DNA of 64,000 bases. Source: Mobula hypostoma (Eukaryota). The stretch covers positions 251,846,001-251,910,000 of the forward strand of contig NC_086097.1 of the NCBI RefSeq assembly GCF_963921235.1, given 5' to 3'. Position 1 is the first letter of the stretch, and the number at the start of each line of letters is the position of its first letter. The position numbers and the translations under genes are program-made. Shown here piece by piece: positions 13,101 to 25,100 of this stretch. Under the pieces are notes generated by a model. That model made no database searches, was not told the DNA's origin, and worked only from the letters and a program-made list of their open reading frames with translations.

Positions 13101-16100
13101 ACCTGGTTATACTTGCCCTGCTAAATAAAATGTCTGCAAATTAACAAAATCCTTCCAGTTCAATGATTTTATTTGCTCTATTCCAGGGGTTCCCAATCTT
13201 TTTGATGCCATGGACCAATACCACTAAGCAAGGTGTAGGGACCCCAGGTTGGGAACCCATGCTCTAGTGCAGAAGTCCAGGACCACAGGGCACAGTCTCA
13301 GAATAGAGGGAAGTCCATTTAAAATGGAGATGAGGAGGAATTTTTTTAGCCAGGGGGTGGTGAATCTGTGGAATTCATTGCAACAGACAGCTGTGGAGGC
13401 CAAGTCACCGGCTGTATTTAAAGCAGATTTTGATGGGTTCTTGATTACTAAGAATGTTAGAGGCTACAGGGAAAAGGCAGGCAATGGGTTTGAGAGAGAT
13501 AATAAATCAGCCATGATGGAATGGCAGCACAGATTCGATGGGCTGAATGGCCTAATTCTAACTCCCATGTCTCATGGTGTTCAAAATCATGTTGTGTTCC
13601 AGGTCGCGCATATCAGCTGTCAGATTACAGCAATGGACGGAGGTGGTCGAAGCAGCCAAGTGGAGTTAACTGTTTTTATCACCAATATACACAACCAGCC
13701 ACCGCAGTGGGAGCAAGAAACGTATCAGATAACAATCCCGGAGAACACTACTCGAGACTTGAGGATAGTGGTACGTAATTGAACATAGAACATAGAACAG
13801 TACAGCACAGTACAGGTCCTTCGGCCCACAATGTTGTGCTGACCCTCAAATCCTGCCTTCCATATAACCCCCCACCTTAAATTCCTCCATATACCTTTCT
13901 AGTAGTCTCTTAAACTTCACTAGTGTATCTGCCTCCACCACTGACTCAGGCAGTGCATTCCACGCACCAACCACCCTCTGAGTAAAAAAACCTTCCTCTA
14001 ATATCCCCCTTGAACTTCCCACCGCTTACCTTAAAACCATGTCCTCTTGTATTGAGCAGTGGTGCCCTGGGGAAGAGGCACTGGCTATCCACTCTATCTA
14101 TTCCTCTTATTATCTTGTACACCTCTATCATGTCTCCTCTCATCCTCCTTCTCTCCAAAGAGTAAAGCCCTAGCTCCCTTAATCTCTGATCATAATGCAT
14201 ACTCTCTAAACCAGGCAGCATCCCGGTAAATCTCCTCTGTACCCTTTCCAATGCTTCCACATCCTTCCTATAGTGAGGCGACCAGAACTGGACAGAGTTC
14301 TCCAAGTGTGGCCTAACCAGAGTTTTATAGAGCTGTATCATTACATTGCGACTCTTAAACTCTATCCCTCGACTTATGAAAGCTGTAATGCATGTCAAAT
14401 TGGCAGTAAGGAAGCCGAATGCAGCACGTGTTCATTTTGGGAGGACTAGAATGCAAAAATAAGGATGTAATGCTGAGGCTTTGGTCAGACCGCACTTGGA
14501 GTATTGTGAGCATTGTGGGCCCCTTACCTAAGAAAGGCTGTGCTGACATTGGAGAGGGTCCAGAGGATCTTCACAAGAAGGATCTCAGGATTTTTCCTAT
14601 AGTGGGGGAGTCTAGGACAAGAGGGCACAACCTCAGAATAGAGGGATCGTCCATTTAGAACAGAGACGAGGAAGAGTTTAGTTATATGGCAGTGAATCTG
14701 TGCCGCTTATCTAAGTGGTTAGTTTTGAGGAGTTGGTGTTAGGACCACTTCTTTACACATTATATTTGAATGACTTGGATGATGGAATTGATGGAACCCT
14801 TAGGAGGCAGTGATCATAACATGATTGAGTTCACTGTGAAATTACAAAAAGAGAAGCCGAAATCTGATGTGTCGGTGTTTCAGTGGAGTAAAGGAAATTA
14901 CAGTGGCATGAGAGAGGAACTGGCCAAAGTTGACTGGAAAGAGACACTGGCGGGAAAGACGGCAGAGCAGCAGTGGCTGGAGTTTATGCGAGAAATGGGG
15001 AATGTGCAAGACAGGTATATTCCAAAAAAGAAGAAATTTTTGAGTGGGAAAAGGATGCAACCGTGGTTGACAAGAGAAGTCAAAGCCAAAGTTAAAGCTA
15101 AGGAGAGGGCATACAAGGAAGCAAAAATTAGTGGGAAGACAGAGTATTGGGAAGTCTTTAAAACCTTACAAAAGGAAACCAAGAAGGTCATTAAGAGAGA
15201 AAAGAGAGAAATGATTAACTATGAAAGGAAACTAGCAAATAATATCAAAGAGGATACTAAAAGCGTTTTCAAGTATATAAAGAGTAAAAGACAGGTGAGA
15301 ATAGATATAGGACCGATAGAAAATGATACTGGAGAAATGGTAATGGGAGATGAGGAGATGGCAGAGGAACTGAACAAGTATTTTGCATCAGTCTTCACTG
15401 AGGAAGACAGCAGGATACCGGACACTCAAGGGTGGCAGGGAAGAGAAGTGTGCGCAGTCACAGTTACGACAGAGAAAGTACTCAGGAAGCTGAATAGGCT
15501 AAAGGTAGATAAATCTCCTGGACCAGATGGAATGCACCCTCGTGTTCTGAAGGAAGTAGCTGTGGAGATTGCAGAGGCATTAGCGATGATCTTTCAAAAG
15601 TCGATAGATTCTGGCATGGTTCCGGAAGACTGGAAGATTGCAAATGTCATTCCGCTACGTAAGAAGGGGGCAAGGAAGCAAAAAGGAAATTATAGACCTG
15701 TTAGCTTGACGTCGGTGGTTGGGAAGTTGTTGGAGTCGATTGTCAAGGATGAGGTTACAGAGTACCTGGAGGCATATGACAAGATAAGCAGAACTCAGCA
15801 TGGATTCCTTAAAGGAAAATCCTGCCTGACAAACCTATTACAATTTTTTGAGGAAATTACCAGTAGGCTAGACAAGGGAGATGCAGTGGATGTTGTATAT
15901 TTGGATTTTCAGAAGGCCTTTGACAAGGTGCCACACATGAGGCTGCTTAACAAGATAAGAGCCCATGGAATTACAGGAAAGTTACATACGTGGATAGAGC
16001 GTTGGCTGATTGGCAGGAAACAGAGAGTGGGAATAAAGGGATCCTATTCTGGTTGGCTGCCGGTTACCAGTGGTGTTCCACAGGGATCAGTGTTGGGGCC

Positions 16101-19100
16101 GCTTCTTTTTACATTGTACATCAACGATTTGGATTATGGAATAGATGGCTTTGTGGCTAAGTTTGCTGACGATACGAAGATAGGTGGAGGGGCCGGTAGT
16201 GCTGAGGAAACGGACAGTCTGCAGAGAGACTTGGATAGATTGGAAGAATGGGCAGAGAAGTGGCAAATGAAGTACAATGTTGGAAAGTGTATGGTTATGC
16301 ACTTTGGCAGAAAAAATAAACAGGCAGACTATTATTTAAATGGGGAAAGAATTCAAAGTTCTGAGATGCAACGGGACTTGGGAGTCCTCGTACAGGGTTC
16401 CCTTAAAGTTAACCTCCAGGTTGAGTCAGTAGTGAAGAAGGCGAATGCAATGTTGGCATTCATTTCTAGAGGACTAGAGTATAGGAGCAGGGATGTGATG
16501 TTGAGGCTCTATAAGACGCTGGTGAGACCTCACTTGGAGTACTGTGTGCAGTTTTGGGCTCCATATTTAAGAAAGGATGTGCTGACGTTGGAGAGGGTAC
16601 AGAGAAGATTCACTAGAATGATTCCGGGAATGAGAGGGTTAACATTTGAGGAACGTTTATCCACTCTTGGACTGTATTCCTTGTAGTTTAGAAGAATGAG
16701 GGGAGACCTCATAGAAACATTTCGAATGTTAAAAGGCATGGACAGAGTGGATGTGGCAAAGTTGTTTCCCATGATGGGGGAGTCTAGTACGAGAGGGCAT
16801 GATTTCAGGATTGAAGGGTGCCCTTTCAGAACAGAAATGCGAAAAAATTTTTTTAGTCAGAGGGTGGTGAATCTATGGAATTTGTTGCCACGGGCAGCAG
16901 TGGAGGCCAAGTCATTGGGTGTATTTAAGGCAGAGATTGATAGGTATCTGAGTAGCCAGGGGATCAAAGGTTATGGTGAGAAGGTGGGGGAGTGGGACTA
17001 AATAGGATAAAATGGATCAGCTCGTGATAAAATGGTGGAGCAGACTCGATGGGCCGAATGGCCTACTTCTGCTCCTTTGTCTTATGGTCTTATGGTTTTG
17101 TGGATGATATGAAGATTGATGGAGCAGTGGGTAATTTTGAGGAAGTAGAGAGGCTACAAAAGGACAGATCATGAGAAGGACCAAAGAAGTGGCAGATGAA
17201 ATACAGTGGTGGGAAGTGTATGGTCATGCACTTTGGTAGAAGAAATAAAGGCATAAAGTATTTTCTGAATGGGGAGAAAATTCAAAGATCAGAGCTGCAA
17301 AGGGACTTGGGAGTCCTTGTGCAGGATTCCCTGAAGGTTAACTTGCAGGTTTAATCGGTGGTGAGGAAGGCAAATGCAATGTTAGCACTCATTTTGAGAG
17401 GACTAGAATATAAAAGCAAGGATGTCATGTTAAATCTTTATAAGGCATCGGTCAGATCACACTTGGAGTATTGAGAGCAGTTTTGGGCCTGTTATCTAAG
17501 AAAGGATTTGCTAGTATTGTAGAGAGTCCAGAGGAGGTTCACGAAAATGATCCTGGGAATTAAAGGGTTAACATGTGAGGAACGTTTGATGGCTCTGGGT
17601 CTGTTCAAACCCCCAGATACCACTCGTTCATCATTTCCTGTCAGTCACCTTGCGCACACACACTCCTGCGCCTAGTGTCACTTTATGGACATACAATCAA
17701 TATATATAAGCTATCTTATGTATTTATATTTATTGTGTTTTCTTTAGTATTTTTTAATCTTTTTTTTGTGCTGCGTAGGATCCAGAGTAACAATTATTTC
17801 ATTCTCTTTACACTTGTATACAGGAAATGATATTAAACAATCTTGAAGTCCCCATTCTTCAGCTGAGACGCTGGAGACTAATTGTCGGCAATCTATATGA
17901 GAAATCCCAAATCCAATCTAATCCCAACCTCATCCAATTGCTTTTATGTGCTTTTTTCAGCAGGAGATATTTGGTAGCAACAGAAGCGGAGATCTATGTG
18001 GAATATTCTTCCAACTGGGTTATTTGAAAAGCCTGATTAACATTTTATTCAGTTTGGAAATAAAGTGTGTTATAAATAATAAATTCATACAATCGAATAA
18101 TGTGACACAGTGGGAAAATAATACAATCAAAAATTCTGGTGTATCAATCTAAACAACATCCTACCGGTATAAAAAGCAGATGAGTACTTTAGTCATTAAA
18201 CCATGTAAATAAAGCTATCACATTCTCAGAGTAAAATCCAGAGGAACTGAATAAAGAGAAATTTATTTTTATTTTAAAGATACAGAAAAAGGCCCTTCTA
18301 TCCCTTCAAGTTGCACCGCCCCAGCAAGCCACCAATTTAACCCTAGCCTAATCACAGGACAACTTACGATGACCATGTAACCTGCTAACCCATACATGTT
18401 ATGTTTTGTAATTTTGAAACGTCAATCTAATTCAAAGAAAACATACAGGTCCAGAGAATGCAAGTGTAACTTCGTCTTTACTTTAAACGAGGTGCGCATG
18501 TATCACATGGTATGCAATTAACCTATATTTACGTGTAACCCACAATGAATAATTAAATGAACAAGAACGCTTAATCAAAAAATATATATATAAGATTACT
18601 CAAATATTACTGCAATACTAAATGCACAACAGTACGTCTTTGGACTGTGGGAGGAAACCGACACGCATACGGGAGGGAACGCTGGAATTGAACACCGAAT
18701 TGAATCCCGACATCCCAAGTTGTAATAGTACGCTACTGTGGCACCCCAATAACTGCAGGTTCATGACCTAATTTAAGAGCTAGAACATAGGCTGTTAGAG
18801 CTCCCGTGGCAATGCTGATCGGAGAGCTATTTGCATGAAAGTATTTTCAGTTTTCCTTTCCTTTCATTGGGAGTAATGCTGATGTATGATAACAACCAGA
18901 GACTTTTGCACATGCTCCTCATTTCTATTTCCTTTCATCTCTGTGAGGGTTTATTTCCATTTTACACCACTTCACGCCGTCTGTACTCAGTTTGGGAGCT
19001 ATTTACTGAAACACTGTAAGGAATTTAACAGTCTGCATAATAAATTCTGACAGGACTGGAACACTTTTCTTGCATTTACTGAATAAATTCATATCTTGGG

Positions 19101-22100
19101 AATTCTTCCTCTTTGGTAAGAAATTCTTTGTTCTTTTTACAATTAGTGTCCAGAAATTGAGTTAAGTATCTCCTTTTATAAAGAGATTAATTTTATTTGT
19201 CACACGTACATAGAAACATACAGTGAAATGTGTTGTTTGAGCCAAAGCAAATCAGCGAAGATTGTGCTGGGGGCCGTGCACAAGTATCAGCACTTCCCCA
19301 GCGCCAAAGTAGCATGCCCAAAACTCATTAACTCTAAATCATAAGGCCATAAGATCATAAAACATAGGAGCAGAATTTGGCCATTCAGCCCATTGAAATT
19401 TCTCCACCATTCCATCATGGCTGATTTATTATCCCTCTCAATCCTGCTTCTCCCTGTAATATTTGATGCCCTGACTAATTAAAAACCTATCAATCTCTGT
19501 TTTAAATATACCGAATGACTTGCCACCAGTGATAATGAATTCCACAGATTCACCATCCTCTGGTTAAAGAAATTCCTGCCCCTCTCTGTTCTAAATGGAC
19601 ATCTTTCTATTCTGAGGCTGTGTCTTCTGGTATTAGACTCCCCCATTATGGGAAACATCCTCTCCATTTCCACTCTATCTAGACCTTTCAACATTTGACA
19701 GGTTTCCGCCCTTATTCTTTTAAACTCCAGCGAGGTCAGGCCCACAGAGCCTTCAAACACCCCTGATGCATTAACCCTTTCATCCCTGGGCCTCTTTTAT
19801 TCTTGTGAGCCTGTCCAATGCCAGCACATCCTTTCAGAATCAGAATCAGGTTTATTATCAGCGACATATGTCATCAAATGTTTTATTTTGTGGCAACAGT
19901 ACACTGCAATAAATAAAAATACTAAACATTGCAATAAGAATATATAAACATATATAAATAGTGCAAAAAAGAGCAAAATAGCAAGGTAGCGTTTATAGGT
20001 TCATTGTCCATTCAGAAATCTGATGGTGGAGGGGAAAGTCTGTTCTTGAATCGTTGAGTGTGTGCCTTCAGGTTCCTGTACCTCCTCCCTGATGGTAGCA
20101 ATGGGAAGAGGGCATGTCTGGGAGATGGGGATCCTTCCTGATGGATAATACCTTCTTTTGAGTCATGGCCTTTTGAAGATGTCCTCAAATGCCAGAGAGA
20201 CTAGTGCCCCCAATGGAGCTGGCTAAGTTTCTTAGATATGGAGCCCAAAACTGCCCACAGTACTGAAGGTGCAATCTGACCGGTGCCATTGCAACATTAC
20301 GTAATGTAATTCATTATGCAGACATTTCGAGCCCTCTGAAATCAAGTCAGGCAGCATCTGCAGAGGGAAATGAACCATGAACAATAAACATTGACTGTTT
20401 ATTCCCCTCCACAGATGCTGCCTGTCTTGCTGAGTATTGTGTGTGTTGTTAATAATTATGAGTTTAATGTCAACTTTTTTTTGTTTCTGACTGTAGACGG
20501 TGAAGGCCACATCTCCTCTTGGGGATCCCAGAGTCACATACAACCTAGAGGAAGGGCAGGTCCCTGAGACGAATATGCCTGTCCGCTTCTATCTGAAACC
20601 CAACCGAGCAAATGGATCAGCTTCCATTTTAGTTGCAGAACCACTGGACTTTGAAGGGACAAACTTTTTCACACTTCGGGTCAGGGCTCAGAATGTGGCT
20701 GCTATACCGCTGGCCTCCTTTGCCACCATCTACATAAACTTGACAGGTAGGGTTGAGCGCTTCCAAGTATCGTTACAGTCCACAGACTCCTTGACACTAC
20801 AAATATCCCCCTCTCTTCCTAAACTGCTGCTCTACAATATAGAAAATACTGATTAAAACTAGATTAGATTAGATTAGATTTGAGTGACGGTGTGGAGATA
20901 CGTCTTTACCAAAGTTGGTGTAAGACGTTCCTTCCCTCCCCTTGCCTGCAGGTCACTCTTGGGAAGATGAAGCACCTGCCTAGCCCCCCTGCCCCCGATC
21001 AGGGTCACATGAAGCGATGGGAGCAGGTGGTGGATGGTCCTATGAGCAGATGGTGCATCTCACAAGTCCTGGTTGTGCAATCACTGACACCAGGCAGACA
21101 ACCTCTGAAGATTCTCCTCATGTTCCACTTGAATATTTCCCCTTTCACCCTTAACCCATGACCTCGAGTTCTAATCTCAACCAACCTCAGTGGAAAAAGC
21201 CTGCTTGTATTAACCCCTCGTAATTTGGTATACATTTATCAAATCTCCCCTCATTCTCCTGTGCTCCAGGCAATAAAGTCCTGACCTATTTAACCCTTTC
21301 CTTTCAAAATGATTGTCTTTTGCACTGTTTGAAGTTTGTATTGACAATACCTTTAAAATTATTACTTCTAAAGGAAGTACAATGAATCAGTGATGAGACT
21401 GAGCTGTGCACAGTGATGCACCTTCTTACTGTTCGATTTTCCAGACGTCAACGACAACGTTCCTTTCTTTACCTCATCGACATACGAGGCTACAGTCCCG
21501 GAAGGGGCTGCAGTGGGCATGTCAGTTGTGAAAGTATCTGCGACAGATCTGGATTCTGGTCGTCATGGGAAGGTGAGAAGTTGGGTTGTGTGTGCTATGG
21601 TTGTCTGGAGACTGCACCCAACAGGATGGACAAACAACCGGAGTGCAAAATACAGCAAACTGTGCAAATACAAAAGAAAATAATAATAATAATAATAATA
21701 AATATGCAATAATTATCGAGAACATGAGATGAAGAGTCTTTGAAAATGAGTCCATATGTTATGGTGAACGCAGCAGGCCAGGCAGCATCTCTAGGAAGAG
21801 ATACAGTTGATGTTTCGGGCCGAGACCCCCTGACGAAGGATCTCGGCCCGAAATGTCGACTGTACCTCTTCCTAGAGATGCTGCCTGGCCTGCTGCGTTC
21901 ACCAGCAACTTTGATGTGTGTTGCTTGAATTTCCAGCATCTGCAGATCTCCTCGTGTTTCCATAGGTTATGGGAACAGTTCAGTGATGGGCAAGTGAAGT
22001 TGAGTGAAGTTATCCCCACTGGTTCAAGAGCCTGATGGTTGAGGGCTAATATCTGTTCCTGAACCCGGTGGTGTGAGTCCTGAAGCTCCTGTACTTCCTT

Positions 22101-25100
22101 CCTGATGGCAGCAGCGAGAAGAGAGCATAGCCTGTGTGGTGGGGGGTCCCTGATGATGGATGCTGCTTTCCTGCAATAACGCTCCTTGTAGATATACTCA
22201 GCTTACTCAACTAAGATGTGGGCAATAGGGGCACATTTGTCCCAATCCTATCATGGTGGAGGCTACAAAACATCCACACCAGAACTACCAGGCTGCTGTA
22301 GGTTTTCTATGTTCTTTCTATGTTCTAAAAACAGTTAGTTTCCCCAAGCAGTAAAGCTGATCAACACCTCCACCCTCTGACCCACCCCTCCACACCCCCA
22401 ACCACCACTACTTTATCATTTCCTGTCAGTCACCTTATGTACAGACACTCCTGTGCTGAGCATCACTCAATGGACATATACAATCAATCTATGTATATAA
22501 GCTATCTTATGTATTTATATTTATTGTGTTTTTTTAAATTATTGTATTCTTTACCTTATTTTGTTTTGTGCTGCATCGGATCTAAAGTAACAATTATTTT
22601 GATCTCATTTACACTTGCGTACAGGAAATGATATTAATGTTGAATCTTGAATTGCCAGAAGAAATCAGCAAATCCAGATCAAGGGTCTCAGCCTGAAAAG
22701 TTGACTGTTTATTCCTCCCCACCGAGGTGCTGCCCGACCTGCTGATTTCCTCTTGCATTTTATGTGTGTTGCTCTGGATTTCCAGCACCTGCAGAATCTG
22801 TTCAATTAGGGACAAATCAAAACAAAGTTTAATTATCATTCAAACCATACATAGATACTGTACAGCTGCAAACACGAGGAAATCTGCAGATGCTGGAAAT
22901 TCAAGCAACACACACAAACTGCTGGTGGAACGCAGCAGGCCAGGCAGCATCTATAGGAAGAGGTGCAGTCGACGTTTCGGGCCGAGACCCTTCGTCAGGA
23001 CTAACTGAAAGAAGAGGTAGCAAGAGATTTGAAAGTGGGAGGGGGAGGGGGAGATCCGAAAAAGTCAAAGGTTCTGGTGTGGATGTTTAGTAGCCTCCAC
23101 CGTGATAGGATTGGGACAAATGTGCCCCTATTGCCTGCGTCTTAGTTGAGTAAGCTGAGTATATATACAAGGAGCGTTATCGCAGGGAAGCAGCATCCAT
23201 CATCAGGGACCCCCACCACACAGGCTTTCCAAAAGTTTCGGATCTCCCCCTCCCCTTCCCACTTTCAAATCTCTTACCAACTCTTCTTTCAGTTAGTCCT
23301 GACGAAGGGTCTGGGCCGGAAACGTTGACTGTACCTCTTCCTATAGATGCTGCCTGGCCCGTTGCGTTCACCAGCATTTTGTGCGTGTTGCCTAGATACA
23401 GCTGGATGAGACAGCCTTCCTCTGAGGTCAAGGTGCAAAACATCCGAATCAGCAAGCAAACATTAAAAACCGAGTAGCATAATTCATAATAACGAAGAAA
23501 GCACCGTCCCCCTGCAGTGTACAGACACACACAGTCCAGCCTGTCATTCATTCCACCATTCGAACATGGGAGAGCAGCACAGAAGGGACAGGCTAGGCCC
23601 CAGCCAAGCTCACAAGCCCAACCACGCTGTAGCACTTCCGTGTCACCTGGTCTGCAGCAGCTCTTGAACAAAAGGGGATAACTACACTCATTTGCCTTAT
23701 CATTGAGATGTTCCGACAATCAATGATCTCACTTTAAAGACTCTTTAGGTTGTTATTTTGTGTTCTATTGCTATTACTTTATATTTGCATTTGCACAGTT
23801 TGTTGTCTTCTGCACTCTGATTGATCCTGTTATAGTTATTATCTATAGATTTGCTGAGTATGCCCACAAGAAAATGAATCTCAGGATGGTATATGGTGAC
23901 ATAAATGTACTTTGATAATAAATTTACTTTGAACTTTGAACTTGTTGTTCTGCAGCAGTAGTATATTACAATTCATAATAATAAAAATAACTCTACAAAG
24001 TACAACAAGGAAACATTTATTAAAAATTAAATTAAATAAGTAATGCAAAAAGGAGGAAAAAATAGTGAGGTAGTCTAAGCAACACACAAAATGCTGGAGG
24101 ATCTCAGCAGGCCAGGCAGGTTTCGGGCTGGGACCCTTCATCGGGCCTGGTCTGCTGAGCTCCTCCAGCATTTTGTGTGTGTTGTTTGGATTTCCAGCAT
24201 CTGCAGATTTTCTCTTGTTTGTGAGGTAATGTTCATGGGTTCGTTGCCAATTCAGAAATCTGATATTCAGAAATTCAGGGAAGAAGATGTTCCACAAAAA
24301 ACATTGAGTGTATATCTTCAAACTCCACCATGGATGTTCCCAACCCCGGCTGCAAAAGAAGGAGGGTTGGGCGGGGGACTAGCAACTCCATCACAGTACT
24401 ACATTGGAGCCAACAGAAGCTCCAAAGTCCTCGTTCCTGGGGGAGCAGGATACTAAGAAGATGGGAGAACTGGAAAAACTGGCCCAGGACAGAGGACTCT
24501 GGTGAGCTACTGTCGGCGGCCTGTGCCAGGCCTAGAGGGGTGATGGCTTTAAGAAGAAGCTTGTCTTCAGGCTCCTGTACCTCCCTTTTGATGGTAGCAG
24601 TGAGAAGAGAGCGTGTCCTGCGTGATGGGGGTCTCTGATGATGGATGCCTCCTTTCTGAGACGTCGTTTTTTGAATGTCTCCTCCGTGATGGAGAAGCTG
24701 AAGTGAACATCAAAATAGCCACTGTAGCCTTGACAGAGAAAGCGCAACTTCATGGGCAGCGCCTCAGTTAACCTTATTTGGGTCAGGTATTGTGTTGAGT
24801 GTTCAGTACAAAGATTGTTGGACAAGTTTCTTAGCTACATCCCAGGAGTAACAGAACATCAAGGTGTAGTAATCACTTTTGCAGAAAGTTGTAAACTCAG
24901 TCAGCTCCAGCATGGGCACCAGCCTCCCCAACATCCAGAACATCTTCAAAATACGATGCCTCAAAAAGACAGCATCCATCATTAAGGACCCCCACCTCCC
25001 AGGACGTGCCCTCTTCATATTGCTACCATCAGGGAGAGGTAGACACACACTCAATGTTTCAGAAACAACTTCTTCCCCTCTGCCATCAGATTTCTAAATG

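Larger units (their letters stand above)
22869..23391. mobile_element. Penelope insertion: two inverted terminal-repeat arms around a captured local DNA segment
   Basis: Arms 22905-23061 and 23236-23391 are reverse complements; tagatac and tacagctg occur on both flanks. Confidence 0.85.

Noticed and set aside
14770..16686. 638-aa RT ORF as a host gene or retron-like system
   Set aside because: 5'-truncated CR1 ORF2; the first residues come from the older host CR1 read in another frame.
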